64,000 nucleotides of DNA from Planctomycetaceae bacterium (GCA_021297815.1 JAJTGK010000004.1:542-64541); one strand, 5' to 3'. Positions 51,607 to 61,717 are shown, counted from the stretch's first letter. Translations and numbers: made by a program. Notes: generated by a model not told the origin, from the sequence alone.

Positions 51607-52491
51607 ATGAGCGCCCCCGATGTCCCCTCCCAGCGCCGGATGCTGACCAGCGAGATCTTCGGATACCGCATCCGCAAGTGGCTCGGCGACGGCGCGTTCA
51701 GCCGCGTGTACCTCGTCGAGGACACCAAGACCCACATCGCCTACGCGATGAAGCATGTCGTCTCCGAGGGCGAGAAGGACGACCGTTGGGTCGACCAGAT
51801 CCGCGCCGAGTGGGAGATCGGCCGCCAGCTGAAGCACGAGGCCATCCGCCAGCTCGTCGACCTCAAGTTCGAGGGCTCGATCCTGAAGGGGATCTTCCTG
51901 AAGAACGCGCGCGATGTCGGCCTGGTCATGGAGCTCATCGACGCTGTCCCGCTCTCCGAGCAGGCGAAGCCGTCGTTCCCCGAGTGCATGCGCATCTTCA
52001 CGGCCGTGGCCAGCGGCCTCGTCCACATGCACCAGAAGGGCTTCGTCCACGCGGACATGAAGCCGAACAACATCCTGTACACCGACGACCGCCGCACCAA
52101 GGTCATCGACCTCGGGCAGGCCGTGAAGATCGGCACCGTGAAGGAGCGCATCCAGGGCACCCCTGGCTTCATCGCGCCCGAGCAGGCCAAGCGCGATCCG
52201 ATCACCGAGCAGACCGATGTCTTCAACTTCGGCGCCACGATGTACTGGATCCTGATGCGGTCCTACGCGCCGCAGTCGGCCAAGCACACGAACGACTCGA
52301 AGGTCGCGGTGGCGCCAAGCCTCGTCGGTCCGACCGGCCCCGTGCATCTCGTCGACCCGTCGATTCCCGAGGCACTGTCGCTGCTTCTCCTCGACTGCCT
52401 CGAGGACCTGCCGCACAAGCGCAAGAAGATGACCTGGGTGCTGAAGCAGCTCACCGCGCTGCAGCAGTCGAGGGTCGGCGCGGGCGCCTGA
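51607..52491 (+). CDS. Ser/Thr protein kinase, catalytic domain only (294 aa)
   Basis: ATG 51607 with an AGGAGG SD. ..LGDGAFSRVY...YAMK.., ..HADMKPNNIL.., ..DLGQA.. and ..GFIAPEQ... No sensor or TM domain. Confidence 0.85.
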   Translation: MSAPDVPSQRRMLTSEIFGYRIRKWLGDGAFSRVYLVEDTKTHIAYAMKHVVSEGEKDDRWVDQIRAEWEIGRQLKHEAIRQLVDLKFEGSILKGIFLKNARDVGLVMELIDAVPLSEQAKPSFPECMRIFTAVASGLVHMHQKGFVHADMKPNNILYTDDRRTKVIDLGQAVKIGTVKERIQGTPGFIAPEQAKRDPITEQTDVFNFGATMYWILMRSYAPQSAKHTNDSKVAVAPSLVGPTGPVHLVDPSIPEALSLLLLDCLEDLPHKRKKMTWVLKQLTALQQSRVGAGA

Positions 52492-52508
52492 GCGCCTTCC
52501 GCGGCGGA

Positions 52509-53243
52509 CTACAGCTCGGTCGCCGCGTCCGCCCATTCGGGCTGCCACACCGCGTCTCCGCCAAGGAATGCGTTCGAGTTCTCGCCGAGCACGCAGCCCT
52601 CGGGAATACGCGCGAGGTCCCGCGAGTTTCCACCGCCGAGCACGATCACATCGGGCAACAGCGCCGCGCGCAGCAGGCGCACGCATTCCTCGACATGCTC
52701 GCGCCAGCGCCTGCGGCCGAAGCGCTTCTTGCCGCGGATCCCGACATAGTCTTCGAACGACCGGCCCTTGCGGTACGGCAGGTGCGCGAGCTCCATGGGC
52801 AGCACGCGGTGGTCGGCGATCATGCAGGTGCCGAGGCCTGTGCCAAGACCGAGGAAGAGCATCGAACCCTTGGTGAGCCCCGCCGCGCCGTAGCTGCCGA
52901 TCGCCTGCATCGCCGCGTCGTTCAGGATCTTCACGGGCACGCCGAACGCCGCGCGGTAGTCGAAGTCCTTCCAGCCAGGGCCGAGGTTGACGGGGTCCTT
53001 CAGCGGGCGGCCGTCGCGCAGCGGCGCGGGCAGGCCGATCGTGATCGCGTCGACCTTCTCGCCCGCAAGGAGCGCGGGCAGGTCGCGCGCGAGCTGCTCG
53101 GGCGTGTAGCCCTTGCCCGACGGCGTGGCGCGCTTCTCAGGCCAATGCGCGCACTTCGCCTTCGCATTCGTGCCTCCGATGTCGAGCGTGCAGATGACTC
53201 GGGGCGCAGAGACGGGGCGGGCGGACGAAGTGGCGGAGGACAT
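52509..53243 (-). CDS. ROK-family / polyphosphate-glucokinase-like sugar kinase
   Basis: ..LDIGGTNAK.., ..ILNDAAMQA.., ..LGLGTGLGT....LPMELAHL... Confidence 0.7.
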   Translation of the reverse strand: MSSATSSARPVSAPRVICTLDIGGTNAKAKCAHWPEKRATPSGKGYTPEQLARDLPALLAGEKVDAITIGLPAPLRDGRPLKDPVNLGPGWKDFDYRAAFGVPVKILNDAAMQAIGSYGAAGLTKGSMLFLGLGTGLGTCMIADHRVLPMELAHLPYRKGRSFEDYVGIRGKKRFGRRRWREHVEECVRLLRAALLPDVIVLGGGNSRDLARIPEGCVLGENSNAFLGGDAVWQPEWADAATEL

Positions 53244-53312
53244 GATCCTTCCAATCGGAAAAAGAACCGCGCGGGCTGAACCCGCGCGGCGCTTTCGGCG
53301 ATGCTCGGTGCG

Positions 53313-54239
53313 TCAGCGCGCGGCCTGCGTGGCGGCGGGCGCCTCGGCCTTGCGGCGCACGGGGATCTGGATCTCCGACCACTTCACGCGGTTCTGGATA
53401 TACGGCCCGTTGTAGTGGAACGCGCGCGGGTCGCCGCAGACCTCCCACTCGGGGTTCGTCCTGAGCCACTCGGCGAGAAGCCCGAGGCCCTTCTCCATCA
53501 CGCCCGTCCCGTAGGGGCCGTTCATGCCGACCGAGACGACGGTCATCTCGGGGCGGTCGACCACCGCGACATTGCCGTCCTTCCCCGTCGGGGCGAGCTC
53601 GGCGGTGCGGTAGAGGAAGCTCATCGTCCACGACGGCGTGGTGTCCGGCTCGCGCTTGCCCGTCTCGATGTCCCACATGCCGCGGTAGTCCATCTCGACG
53701 GGGCTCGTCATCGCGATGTCCTTCTTCTTGATGTGGTTGAACAGCGGGAAGAAGCCCATGTTCATGCCGCTCGCGGGCGAACCCGACGAGACGAACTCGG
53801 CGCGGCGCACGGTCGGGTAGCGCTTGATGTCGATCGCGCCGGGCGGCGTGGGCTCGGGGTAGCCCGCGGGCAGCGGCGACTCGATGCGCGACGGGCCGAA
53901 GCGGAAGGCGCCGTCCTTCACCTCGATGGTGGCCTCCATGTCGCCGCCGACGCGGGTCACGAGCTCGGGCGTGCGCACGGCCATCGGGTCGTCGGCCCCA
54001 GGCTCCGACGCACGGCCCGAGTGCGAGACGATCGGCTTCATGAGCGGCTCTTCGGTGCGGGTGCCCTCGGCGTTGGCGCCGCCCGACTTCGGGGCGTCGG
54101 CCGCGGGAGCGGCTTGCGCGACGGCGCCAGGCGCGGCCTTCGGGCCCTGCACGGGCTCGGGGATCTTGTTCGGGTCCGACTCGAACGAAGCGCAGGCGGC
54201 GATGGGCATGACGAAGAGGGCGAGGAGCGTTCGGATCAT
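53313..54239 (-). CDS. SOUL heme-binding-family lipoprotein
   Basis: ATG 54239. MIRTLLALFVMPIAAC lipobox, then a low-complexity linker. ..LPAGYPEPTPPGAIDIKRYP..R.. and ..PVEM.. are typical of SOUL/HEBP proteins. Confidence 0.75.
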   Translation of the reverse strand: MIRTLLALFVMPIAACASFESDPNKIPEPVQGPKAAPGAVAQAAPAADAPKSGGANAEGTRTEEPLMKPIVSHSGRASEPGADDPMAVRTPELVTRVGGDMEATIEVKDGAFRFGPSRIESPLPAGYPEPTPPGAIDIKRYPTVRRAEFVSSGSPASGMNMGFFPLFNHIKKKDIAMTSPVEMDYRGMWDIETGKREPDTTPSWTMSFLYRTAELAPTGKDGNVAVVDRPEMTVVSVGMNGPYGTGVMEKGLGLLAEWLRTNPEWEVCGDPRAFHYNGPYIQNRVKWSEIQIPVRRKAEAPAATQAAR

Positions 54240-54294
54240 GCGGCAGGCTTCGCTGCGTACGCGGAACGGGATTCGCCGCTGTACCATCGCGGGC

Positions 54295-55764
54295 GTGTCG
54301 ACCTCGCCCTTCGCCTACGCGCCCGCACCCGAGAGCGTCCGACCCGCGCTGAAGGCCTCCTACGGGCTCTTCATCGGCGGCAAGTTCGTCGAGCCGAAGT
54401 CGGGGAAGGGTTTCAGGACCATCAACCCCGCCACCGAGGAGGCGATCGCGGAGGTCGCCGACGGTGGCGCCGACGATGTGGCGCGCGCCGCCGCGGCCGC
54501 CCGCAAGGCGCTGCCCAAGTGGTCGAAGGCGAAGCCCGCGGAGCGCGCGAAGTTCCTCTACCGCATCGCGCGGCGCATCCAGGAGCGCTCGCGCGAGCTT
54601 GCGGTGCTCGAGTCGATGGACTGCGGCAAGCCCATCAAGGAAACCCGCGACGAAGACCTGCCGCTCGTCGCGCAGCACTTCTTCCACCACGCGGGGTGGT
54701 GCGACAAGCTTGCGTATGCGTTTCCTGGCGCAAATCCGCGGCCGATCGGCGTGTGCGGACAGATCATCCCGTGGAACTTCCCGCTGCTGATGGCGGCGTG
54801 GAAGCTCGCGCCCGCGCTTGCGTGCGGCAACACCTGCGTGCTCAAGCCCGCCGAAACCACGCCGATGACGGCACTCATGCTGGCCGAGATCCTGCAGGAG
54901 TGCGGGCTGCCCGAGGGCGTCGTGAACATCGTGACGGGCGGGCCCGACGCGGGCCGCGCGATCGTGGCGCGTGCGGGCGGCGACTTCCAGAAGATCGCCT
55001 TCACGGGCTCGACCGAGGTCGGCAAGGCCATCGCGAAGGCGTGCGCGGGCACGGGCGCGAAGCTCACGCTCGAGCTTGGCGGCAAGGGCCCGAACATCGT
55101 GTTCGCCGATGCGGCCATCGACCAGGCGATCGAGGGCGTGGTGAGCGGCATCTGGTTCAACCAGGGCGAGGTCTGCTGCGCGGGCTCGCGGCTGTTCGTC
55201 GAGGAGTCGATCCACGACGACTTCATCGCGCGGCTCAAGGCGCGCATGCAGACGCTGCGCGTGGGCGACCCGCTCGACAAGAACACCGATGTCGGCGCGA
55301 TCAACTCGCGCGCGCAGCTCGACACGATCGAGCGCTACCGCCGCGCGGGCGTCGACGAGGGCGCGGAGAAGTTCGAGACCGCGTGCGAGCTGCCGAAGAA
55401 GGGCTTCTGGTGCCGCCCGACCGTGTTCACGGGCGTGCAGCCGTCGCACACGATCGCGCGCGAGGAGATCTTCGGCCCCGTGCTCAGCGTGATGACCTTC
55501 CGCACGCCCGAAGAGGCCGTGCAGCGCGCGAACAACACGACCTATGGCCTGAGCGCGGGCGTGTGGACCGAGAAGGCCGCGCGCGCGCTCGAGATGGCGA
55601 ACAGGCTGAACGCAGGCGTGGTGTGGCTGAACACCTTCAACCGCTTCGACGCGACGGCGCCGTTCGGCGGCTACCGCGAATCGGGCTTCGGCCGCGAGGG
55701 CGGGCGCCAGGGGCTGTCGGCGTACCTCGCGTTCGGCGCAGCCGCGAAGGGAGGCCGCCGATGA
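54295..55764 (+). CDS. NAD(P)-dependent aldehyde dehydrogenase
   Basis: GTG 54295. ..IIPWNFPLLMAAWKLAPALACGNTCVLKPAE.., ..FTGSTEVG.., ..LELGGKGP.., the catalytic Cys in ..FNQGEVCCAGSR.. and ..EEIFGPV... Confidence 0.9.
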   Translation: MSTSPFAYAPAPESVRPALKASYGLFIGGKFVEPKSGKGFRTINPATEEAIAEVADGGADDVARAAAAARKALPKWSKAKPAERAKFLYRIARRIQERSRELAVLESMDCGKPIKETRDEDLPLVAQHFFHHAGWCDKLAYAFPGANPRPIGVCGQIIPWNFPLLMAAWKLAPALACGNTCVLKPAETTPMTALMLAEILQECGLPEGVVNIVTGGPDAGRAIVARAGGDFQKIAFTGSTEVGKAIAKACAGTGAKLTLELGGKGPNIVFADAAIDQAIEGVVSGIWFNQGEVCCAGSRLFVEESIHDDFIARLKARMQTLRVGDPLDKNTDVGAINSRAQLDTIERYRRAGVDEGAEKFETACELPKKGFWCRPTVFTGVQPSHTIAREEIFGPVLSVMTFRTPEEAVQRANNTTYGLSAGVWTEKAARALEMANRLNAGVVWLNTFNRFDATAPFGGYRESGFGREGGRQGLSAYLAFGAAAKGGRR

Positions 55765-56636
55765 GCGCAGCGCGTGTCGAGGTCGCGAAGACGCTGAAGC
55801 TGTATGTGAACGGCGCGTTTCCGCGCAGCGAGAGCGGGCGCACGATTCCCGTGAAGGACGCGAAGGGTCGCGTGGCGGCGCACGCGTCGCACGCGAGCCG
55901 CAAGGACCTGCGCGATGCGGTCGAGGCCGCGAACGCGGCGCAGCCGAAGTGGGCTGCGGCGACGGCGTACAACCGCGGGCAGGTGCTCTACCGCTTCGCC
56001 GAGATGCTCGAGGCGCGGCGCGCGGAGTTCGTGTCGTTGATCGTGTCGGTCGAGGGGCGCGGGAAGTCGGACGCCGCGCGCGAGGTCGACCATGCGATCG
56101 ACCGCACCGTGTGCTTCGCGGGCTGGTGCGACAAGATCGCGTCGGTGCTCGGCGGCAAGCAGCCTGTCGCGGGGCCGTACTTCACCTTCACCATGCCCGA
56201 GCCGACGGGAACGGTCGCGGTCGTCGCGCCCGATGCGCGGCCGATGCTCGGCACGCTGTCGCTCGTGCTGCCTGCGATGTGCGCGGGCAACGCGTCGGTG
56301 GTCGTGGCGCCGATGTCGAACGCGCCGCTCGCGGTGGCGCTTGGCGAGGCGCTTGCGACGAGCGATGTGCCCGCAGGCATCGTGAACATCCTCACGGGCC
56401 TGCGCGCGGAGCTCTGCCCGTGGATCGCGTCGCATCGCGACATCGCGGCGGTGACGGGGGCGTTCCTGCCTGCGGCCGATGCGAAGGCGCTCGAGCTTGG
56501 TGCGGCGGAGAACCTGAAGCGCGTCGACATGCATCACGGCGCGCCCGCGTTCGACGACGACGCGTTCTGGCATTCGCCGCTTGCGATCCTGCCGCTGGTC
56601 GAACTGAAGACGGTGTGGCATCCGAGCGCGCTGTAG
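55761..56636 (+). CDS. truncated, catalytically degenerate ALDH-family paralog (291 aa)
   Basis: ATG overlaps the ALDH stop (ATGA). It aligns to the ALDH N-terminal/NAD half (..EPTGTVAVVAP......LPAMCAGNASVVV..) and ends where LELGGK would be (NLKRVDMHHGAP). There is no catalytic Cys domain. Confidence 0.7.
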   Translation: MSAARVEVAKTLKLYVNGAFPRSESGRTIPVKDAKGRVAAHASHASRKDLRDAVEAANAAQPKWAAATAYNRGQVLYRFAEMLEARRAEFVSLIVSVEGRGKSDAAREVDHAIDRTVCFAGWCDKIASVLGGKQPVAGPYFTFTMPEPTGTVAVVAPDARPMLGTLSLVLPAMCAGNASVVVAPMSNAPLAVALGEALATSDVPAGIVNILTGLRAELCPWIASHRDIAAVTGAFLPAADAKALELGAAENLKRVDMHHGAPAFDDDAFWHSPLAILPLVELKTVWHPSAL

Positions 56637-56717
56637 CGAGTTGCGGTGGTCGAGGCGGGTCGCGTGGTGAAGGACCGCGCTTCGCGCGCGCCCTCGCGAG
56701 ACTCGAAGACGGGGCGA

Positions 56718-57111
56718 CCCAGTGCCTTCGGACTGGGCACCCGTCGGCCTGCGGCCGACGGCGACTTGTGTGATCGACTCGCGCCGTGTGGGACGGCGGA
56801 CATCGTGGGTGCCCGCAGGCTTCAGCCTGCGGAGCCACAGGCGCCAGGAGTCGATCGAAGGTGCACGCAACCCGTTCCGCACCCTGAAGGGTGCGGGCAC
56901 CCGGGTGAAGCGCGGGCACTCGCGCGGGGTGCGGGCACTCGAGCGCATGAGCCACCGCGGACCCGACTCATACGCCGCCGCCTCGATTCGGAGGATCGAT
57001 GTGACAACCACCAGAAGCGCCGCCGCGCTTTGCGCGGCGGGTGCCCAGTGCGAAGCCACTGGGTCGCAAGATCCCCCGATCTCGGCACGATGCGTCGGGC
57101 GAAGCCCGACG
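56718..57111. repeat. REP-like cluster: seven GC-rich hairpins and six copies of a GGGCAC(C/T)C motif
   Basis: Hairpins at 56718..56737, 56741..56761, 56813..56832, 56877..56896, 57021..57039, 57044..57063 and 57093..57111. Motif copies at 56733, 56808(rc), 56893, 56912, 56931 and 57039(rc). The cluster lies between convergent genes. Confidence 0.7.
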
Positions 57112-57112
57112 G

Positions 57113-59722
57113 TCAACCTCGCACGATGATCTGCGGCATCACACCCTCGGGCGAGAACACCTCGATCGCGTTCTCGCCCGCGCGCGTGTGAAGCGCGCCC
57201 AGCTCGACGCGCCGCCGCAGCGACTTCGCGACCCGCTCGCCGCTCGCGCCGTCGCACGACATCACGCGCGCCCCATTCACGAACACCGCCGCCAGCGCAC
57301 CCGCGGCATGCGTCACCTCAAGCACAACCTCGCGCGGCGCATCGAGCCGGAACACCGTGCGGAACCACGCCGGCGCCGCCATCGCCTTCTTCGGCGCGGG
57401 CCGCGCGGTCGCCCAGCTCGCGGGCGGCTCGACGCGCAGGAAGGCCCACTCGGCCTCGACCTCGCCGAGCACATCAAGGACCTCGACATCCTTCGCCAGC
57501 CGCTTCAAGTCGCCCGCCTCGCCGTGCAAATCGAGCACGAGCTCGTTCGCCACCGCCTCGAGCTTCGCGTTCTTCGCCTTCGCGGGCTTCTCGCCCTTCC
57601 CCGCGGCCTTCGGGCGCATCGGCGACAGCAGCGCACCATCGAGCAGCACGACGGGGGCGCCCCCCGTCGCATCGAACGCAGGAACCAGTTCGCCGTTCAA
57701 CCGCAGCCGATGCGCGGCTCGCGCGCCGAGCGACGCGAACCACCACGACGGAAATCGCACCAGAACGCCACGCGCGCGCGGCGCGAACACCCACCGCAGC
57801 GTCGCGGCGTGCGCTCCGCCATCGCGCGCGTCGTAGCCATGCACGAATCGCCCGACGCGCGTGGCGTCGTGTTCGGGCAGCTCGACCATGGCGCACTTCA
57901 CGCCCTTGAGCGGCGCCACCTCGACCAACGGGCCGAACGCGCCCACCCGTACGCCGCACGAAGGACCTGCCGACGCCAATCCCGAATCGCGCACCTCGAG
58001 GATCGCGGTCATGCGCCCCTTCGCGTCGACCGAACGCGCGCGCCACGACGCCGCACGCGCAGCCGCGCACTCGAACGCACGACCCGCCTTCGCGGCCTTG
58101 CGCGTGCGCACTCGGTAGAACGCGCTCGTCGCCTCGACGCCATACGCCCCGAGCGCCGACGGCGCCGCGACCGACGCGTAGCGCGCATGCGACCCATCGA
58201 CGATGCCCGTGTCGGGCACCACGAGCGCCGCCGACAACGCGATCGGCTTGCGCTGCGCGGCGGCCTTCGCCACGACACCCTTCGCGCGCCGCACCGTTCC
58301 ATCGAATGCGACCGATGCAAGCACGGCACCCGTGCGGTCCACGAACTCGAACGCACCGTCTGCGACACCCACGCCCGCCGCAAGCCCGTGCGGCACCACG
58401 GCGACGCGCAGCCCGCGCACACGCGCGACCTTCGGCGCCGCACCATCGGCTGGCACCGTCAGCGACACATCGCTCCCGTCGATGCGCACGCGCACCTTGC
58501 CGCGCGCGCGGCCCGCGACGACGAGCAGGTCGCCCGCGAGCGCCACCAGCGAACCCGTGCAGCGCTCGAGGCGCGCACCCGCGATCGCCAGGTCGCTTGC
58601 CGCGAATCCCGCCGTGCCTTCGGGGTCGGTGTCGACCTCGTGCGACGAACCATCGGCGCAGCGGTGGATTGGCTTCGCGATCTTCACGGCGTCTTTCGAC
58701 CCACGCTTCGCCGCACCACGCACCGCAGCCGACGCCATGAGCACGCTCACGCGCTCCGACTTCCCGCCGCGCAGCTCGCCGTCGACCGGCACGAGCCCCG
58801 CAAGAACCTCACCGAAGGTGCTGTGGAAGACAAGCGCGCGCCGCGCATCGAAGCAGTCGACCGCCGCGCGCTCGGCGCATCCGACCGCGCTCGTCGCCCC
58901 GAGATGTCGCAGCGCACACACCTCGTGCGCCGCATCGGCCCGCTCGCGCACGGCGTGCGCCGCATCGACCGCCACGCGCCGCGCCCCCGCTGCGCTCCAC
59001 GCATGCATCAGGAGCGGTGGCGCCGCAGGCTCGACCTCGCGAAGTTCCATGGCCGTGCCCACCGCGATCGCGTCGCCTTGCCACGCATCGATCACGCCCT
59101 CGTGCATGTACCAGCAGTTGTTCGCGCTGAAGAGCGGCACCTCGATCGCGCACTCGCGCGCGAACCGCACCAGCGCCGCGAAGTACGCGTGCCCGACCTC
59201 GGCATCGAGCGAGCGCCAGTCGTCCTCGATCCCGACCGCGATCACGGGCCGCGGCGAGCCGTTGCCGTTGCGCGTCGCCTGCAGGTCGACGAACTGGGGC
59301 GCAAGCGCGTGCCAGTACCGCGTCAGCCGCTCGAGGAACGCAGGGTTCGCCTCGCGCACGCGCCCCGCCGCCGCCTCGACGACCCACCCGGGCAGGCCTC
59401 CCGCCGCATACGACCCACCGACCGACGGCCCGATGCGCAGCATGACCCGAAGCCCCGCCGCGCCCGCGAGCGTGATCGCACGGCGGACATCGCATGCGCC
59501 GTCGAACACGAACCGCCCCTGGGTCGGCTCGTGGAGCGCCCACGGCACGCGCATGACCACCGTGTTGAACCCCGCATGACGCAGGGCGCGTAGCTCGGCG
59601 TCCCATCGCGCGGGATCGACGACCACAGGGTCGAACCCCGCGGCGACGACCGCGAATCGGGCCGCCTGCCCACGGGAACTTCCGAGAATCAGGCTGCGCG
59701 AGTCGAAGGAGACGCTGGGCAT
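57113..59722 (-). CDS. GH35-like (clan GH-A) beta-galactosidase-family protein (869 aa)
   Basis: ATG 59722. ..ARWDAELRALRHAGFNTVVMRVPWALHEPTQGRFVFDG..DVRRAITLAGAAGLRVMLRIGP.. mirrors the GH35 N-terminal TIM-barrel signature. ..IAVGIEDDW.. occupies the ENEYG position. The upstream 665 codons of the track ORF are a shadow of the TolC gene. Confidence 0.6.
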   Translation of the reverse strand: MPSVSFDSRSLILGSSRGQAARFAVVAAGFDPVVVDPARWDAELRALRHAGFNTVVMRVPWALHEPTQGRFVFDGACDVRRAITLAGAAGLRVMLRIGPSVGGSYAAGGLPGWVVEAAAGRVREANPAFLERLTRYWHALAPQFVDLQATRNGNGSPRPVIAVGIEDDWRSLDAEVGHAYFAALVRFARECAIEVPLFSANNCWYMHEGVIDAWQGDAIAVGTAMELREVEPAAPPLLMHAWSAAGARRVAVDAAHAVRERADAAHEVCALRHLGATSAVGCAERAAVDCFDARRALVFHSTFGEVLAGLVPVDGELRGGKSERVSVLMASAAVRGAAKRGSKDAVKIAKPIHRCADGSSHEVDTDPEGTAGFAASDLAIAGARLERCTGSLVALAGDLLVVAGRARGKVRVRIDGSDVSLTVPADGAAPKVARVRGLRVAVVPHGLAAGVGVADGAFEFVDRTGAVLASVAFDGTVRRAKGVVAKAAAQRKPIALSAALVVPDTGIVDGSHARYASVAAPSALGAYGVEATSAFYRVRTRKAAKAGRAFECAAARAASWRARSVDAKGRMTAILEVRDSGLASAGPSCGVRVGAFGPLVEVAPLKGVKCAMVELPEHDATRVGRFVHGYDARDGGAHAATLRWVFAPRARGVLVRFPSWWFASLGARAAHRLRLNGELVPAFDATGGAPVVLLDGALLSPMRPKAAGKGEKPAKAKNAKLEAVANELVLDLHGEAGDLKRLAKDVEVLDVLGEVEAEWAFLRVEPPASWATARPAPKKAMAAPAWFRTVFRLDAPREVVLEVTHAAGALAAVFVNGARVMSCDGASGERVAKSLRRRVELGALHTRAGENAIEVFSPEGVMPQIIVRG

Positions 59723-59917
59723 GGTTTCGCTTCGCCGAAGGAGAGCGAGGGTTCGCGGGAACCTGCCCGCGGACGCATCGAAGACTGACTCTCGCAGAAA
59801 CTTGCTGCGCGGGCAAAATGGGGGGCATCTTGATCCGTTCGGACGACGAACGGCGCAGCGCCGCAACCGTCTCTGCGGTACAACCGCTCCCTCGCGCGCG
59901 CCCCTACCGACCCAACG

Positions 59918-61696
59918 ATGCCCAGTTGCCGCCCTTGCCATCCGTTCCAAGCAGTCTCCGCCGCCCTCGTTGGCGGCGTGCTTGTCGTGTCGGCAGGGTG
60001 TGAGACGGGCATGCAGCGCATCGACCGAAAGACCAACGAACGCCTGCGTGCAAGCGCCGAACAACTCGGCGGAGGCGCGATCTATCCAGAACTTGACGCG
60101 AACCGCTATGAAAATGGTTCGTACTTCGCCGATTTCCCAGATGATGTCGACCGCCCCGCCACGGTCAACCCCGAGGCGACCGAACTGAAGTACGAGTCGG
60201 TCAGCCCCCGCAAGGAGGACGCTGCCTCGATCGCCGCGCGCTTCGAGCGCCTGAAGGCAGGCGACCCCGACATCCGCAAGATCACCTTCGAGGACGCGAT
60301 CCAGACCTCGCTCGAGCGCTCCGAGGAGTACCTGTCGGCTGAAGAGTCCTACCTCATCGCCGCGATCCGTCTTCTGATCGAAGAGCACCGCTGGGGCATC
60401 ATTCCCACGAATGTGACCTCGGCCAACTTCACCGCCGACGGCCAGGGCGGGCGCTTCAACAACGCGCTCGGCCTCGTGAACAGCCTCGGCGTGTCGCAGC
60501 GGCTGCCGTTCGGCGGCGAGGTGGGCGCCGCCTTCGTGGTCGCGGCCACCGACCAGCTCGACGACTACCTCTCGAACACCGACACCCAGTCGGCCGACAT
60601 CGTGCTCGAGGCGGCCATTCCGCTGCTGCGCGGCGCGGGCGAGGTGGCCCAGGAAAGCCTGATCCAGTCGCGCCGCAACCTGATCTACGCCGCACGCGAG
60701 TTCGAGCAGTTCCGCCGCGACTACTTCTACGACCTCGCGGCCGACTACCTCACGCTGGTCGTCCAGCTGCAGAGCATCGCGAACGGCGTGCGCCAGGTCG
60801 AGCGCAGCGCCGCGGTCGAGGCGCGCACCAAGGCGCTTGTCGAGAGCGGCCGCACCGAGCCGTTCCAGGCCGACCTCGCCACCCAGAACACGCTGTTCGC
60901 GCTCGACCGCCTGACCTCGCAGCGCGAGGCGTATGTGCTCTCGCTCGACCGCTTCAAGCGCCGCATCGGCGTCGACATCGCCGAGCGGGTCGACATCGAC
61001 CCCGTGCAGTTCGAGCTGCCGCCGCCGCGCGTCGACCCGAACGAGGCGCTCGCGACCGCGTTCCGCCTGCGCCTCGACCTGCAGACCGAGGCCGACCGCG
61101 TGGCCGACTTCAACCGCCGCGTCGCGATCGCGCGCAACAACCAGCTCGCCGACCTCGACCTCATCCTGGCGAACAACCTGCCCACCGACCCGACGCGCGA
61201 ACGCTCGGGCCTCGACTTCGAGCCTGGGTACGACGAGTTCTCGGCGCGCGTCGTCTTCTCGGCGCCGCTCGACCGAACCGAGGAAGACCTCGAGCTGCGC
61301 GAGGCGCAGATCGAGGCCGAACAGGCCCTGCGCCGCTACGAGACCGCGCGCGACAACGCCGCCATCGAGGTGCGTCAGGCCGCGCGCGGCATCGAACGCT
61401 CGCAGTTCAGCCTGGCGATCCAGGAGAAGAATGTGCAGGCCTCGATGAACCGCCAGGCCGCCATCGACGCCGCGCCCGACCGCGCCACCGCGCGCGACCG
61501 CACCGAGGCCGTCGACGCGCTGCGCCGCGCGCAGGACTCGCTCGACGCCGCGAAGCGCGACCTGCAGCTCGCGATCCTCCGCTACCTGAACGCCACGGGC
61601 CAGATGCGCATCGCGCCGAACGGCCACCTGCTGCCGCCGCCCGGCATGGACATCACCGAGACCTCGGGTCCGGGCATCATCGACACCTCGCCGTAA
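59918..61696 (+). CDS. TolC-family outer-membrane efflux protein
   Basis: Lipobox-like ..VLVVSAGC, then two repeats of long coiled helices typical of outer-membrane factors (..LTFEDAIQTSLERSEEY.., ..AFRLRLDLQTEADRV..). Confidence 0.8.
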   Translation: MPSCRPCHPFQAVSAALVGGVLVVSAGCETGMQRIDRKTNERLRASAEQLGGGAIYPELDANRYENGSYFADFPDDVDRPATVNPEATELKYESVSPRKEDAASIAARFERLKAGDPDIRKITFEDAIQTSLERSEEYLSAEESYLIAAIRLLIEEHRWGIIPTNVTSANFTADGQGGRFNNALGLVNSLGVSQRLPFGGEVGAAFVVAATDQLDDYLSNTDTQSADIVLEAAIPLLRGAGEVAQESLIQSRRNLIYAAREFEQFRRDYFYDLAADYLTLVVQLQSIANGVRQVERSAAVEARTKALVESGRTEPFQADLATQNTLFALDRLTSQREAYVLSLDRFKRRIGVDIAERVDIDPVQFELPPPRVDPNEALATAFRLRLDLQTEADRVADFNRRVAIARNNQLADLDLILANNLPTDPTRERSGLDFEPGYDEFSARVVFSAPLDRTEEDLELREAQIEAEQALRRYETARDNAAIEVRQAARGIERSQFSLAIQEKNVQASMNRQAAIDAAPDRATARDRTEAVDALRRAQDSLDAAKRDLQLAILRYLNATGQMRIAPNGHLLPPPGMDITETSGPGIIDTSP

Positions 61697-61717
61697 GGCG
61701 TCTGACACGGGATTCAC

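Noticed and set aside
57113-61717. 1534-aa minus-strand ORF
   Set aside because: The real gene is 57113..59722 (GH35-like). The upstream 665 codons are antisense to the TolC-family gene and are low-complexity Arg/Ala/Val.
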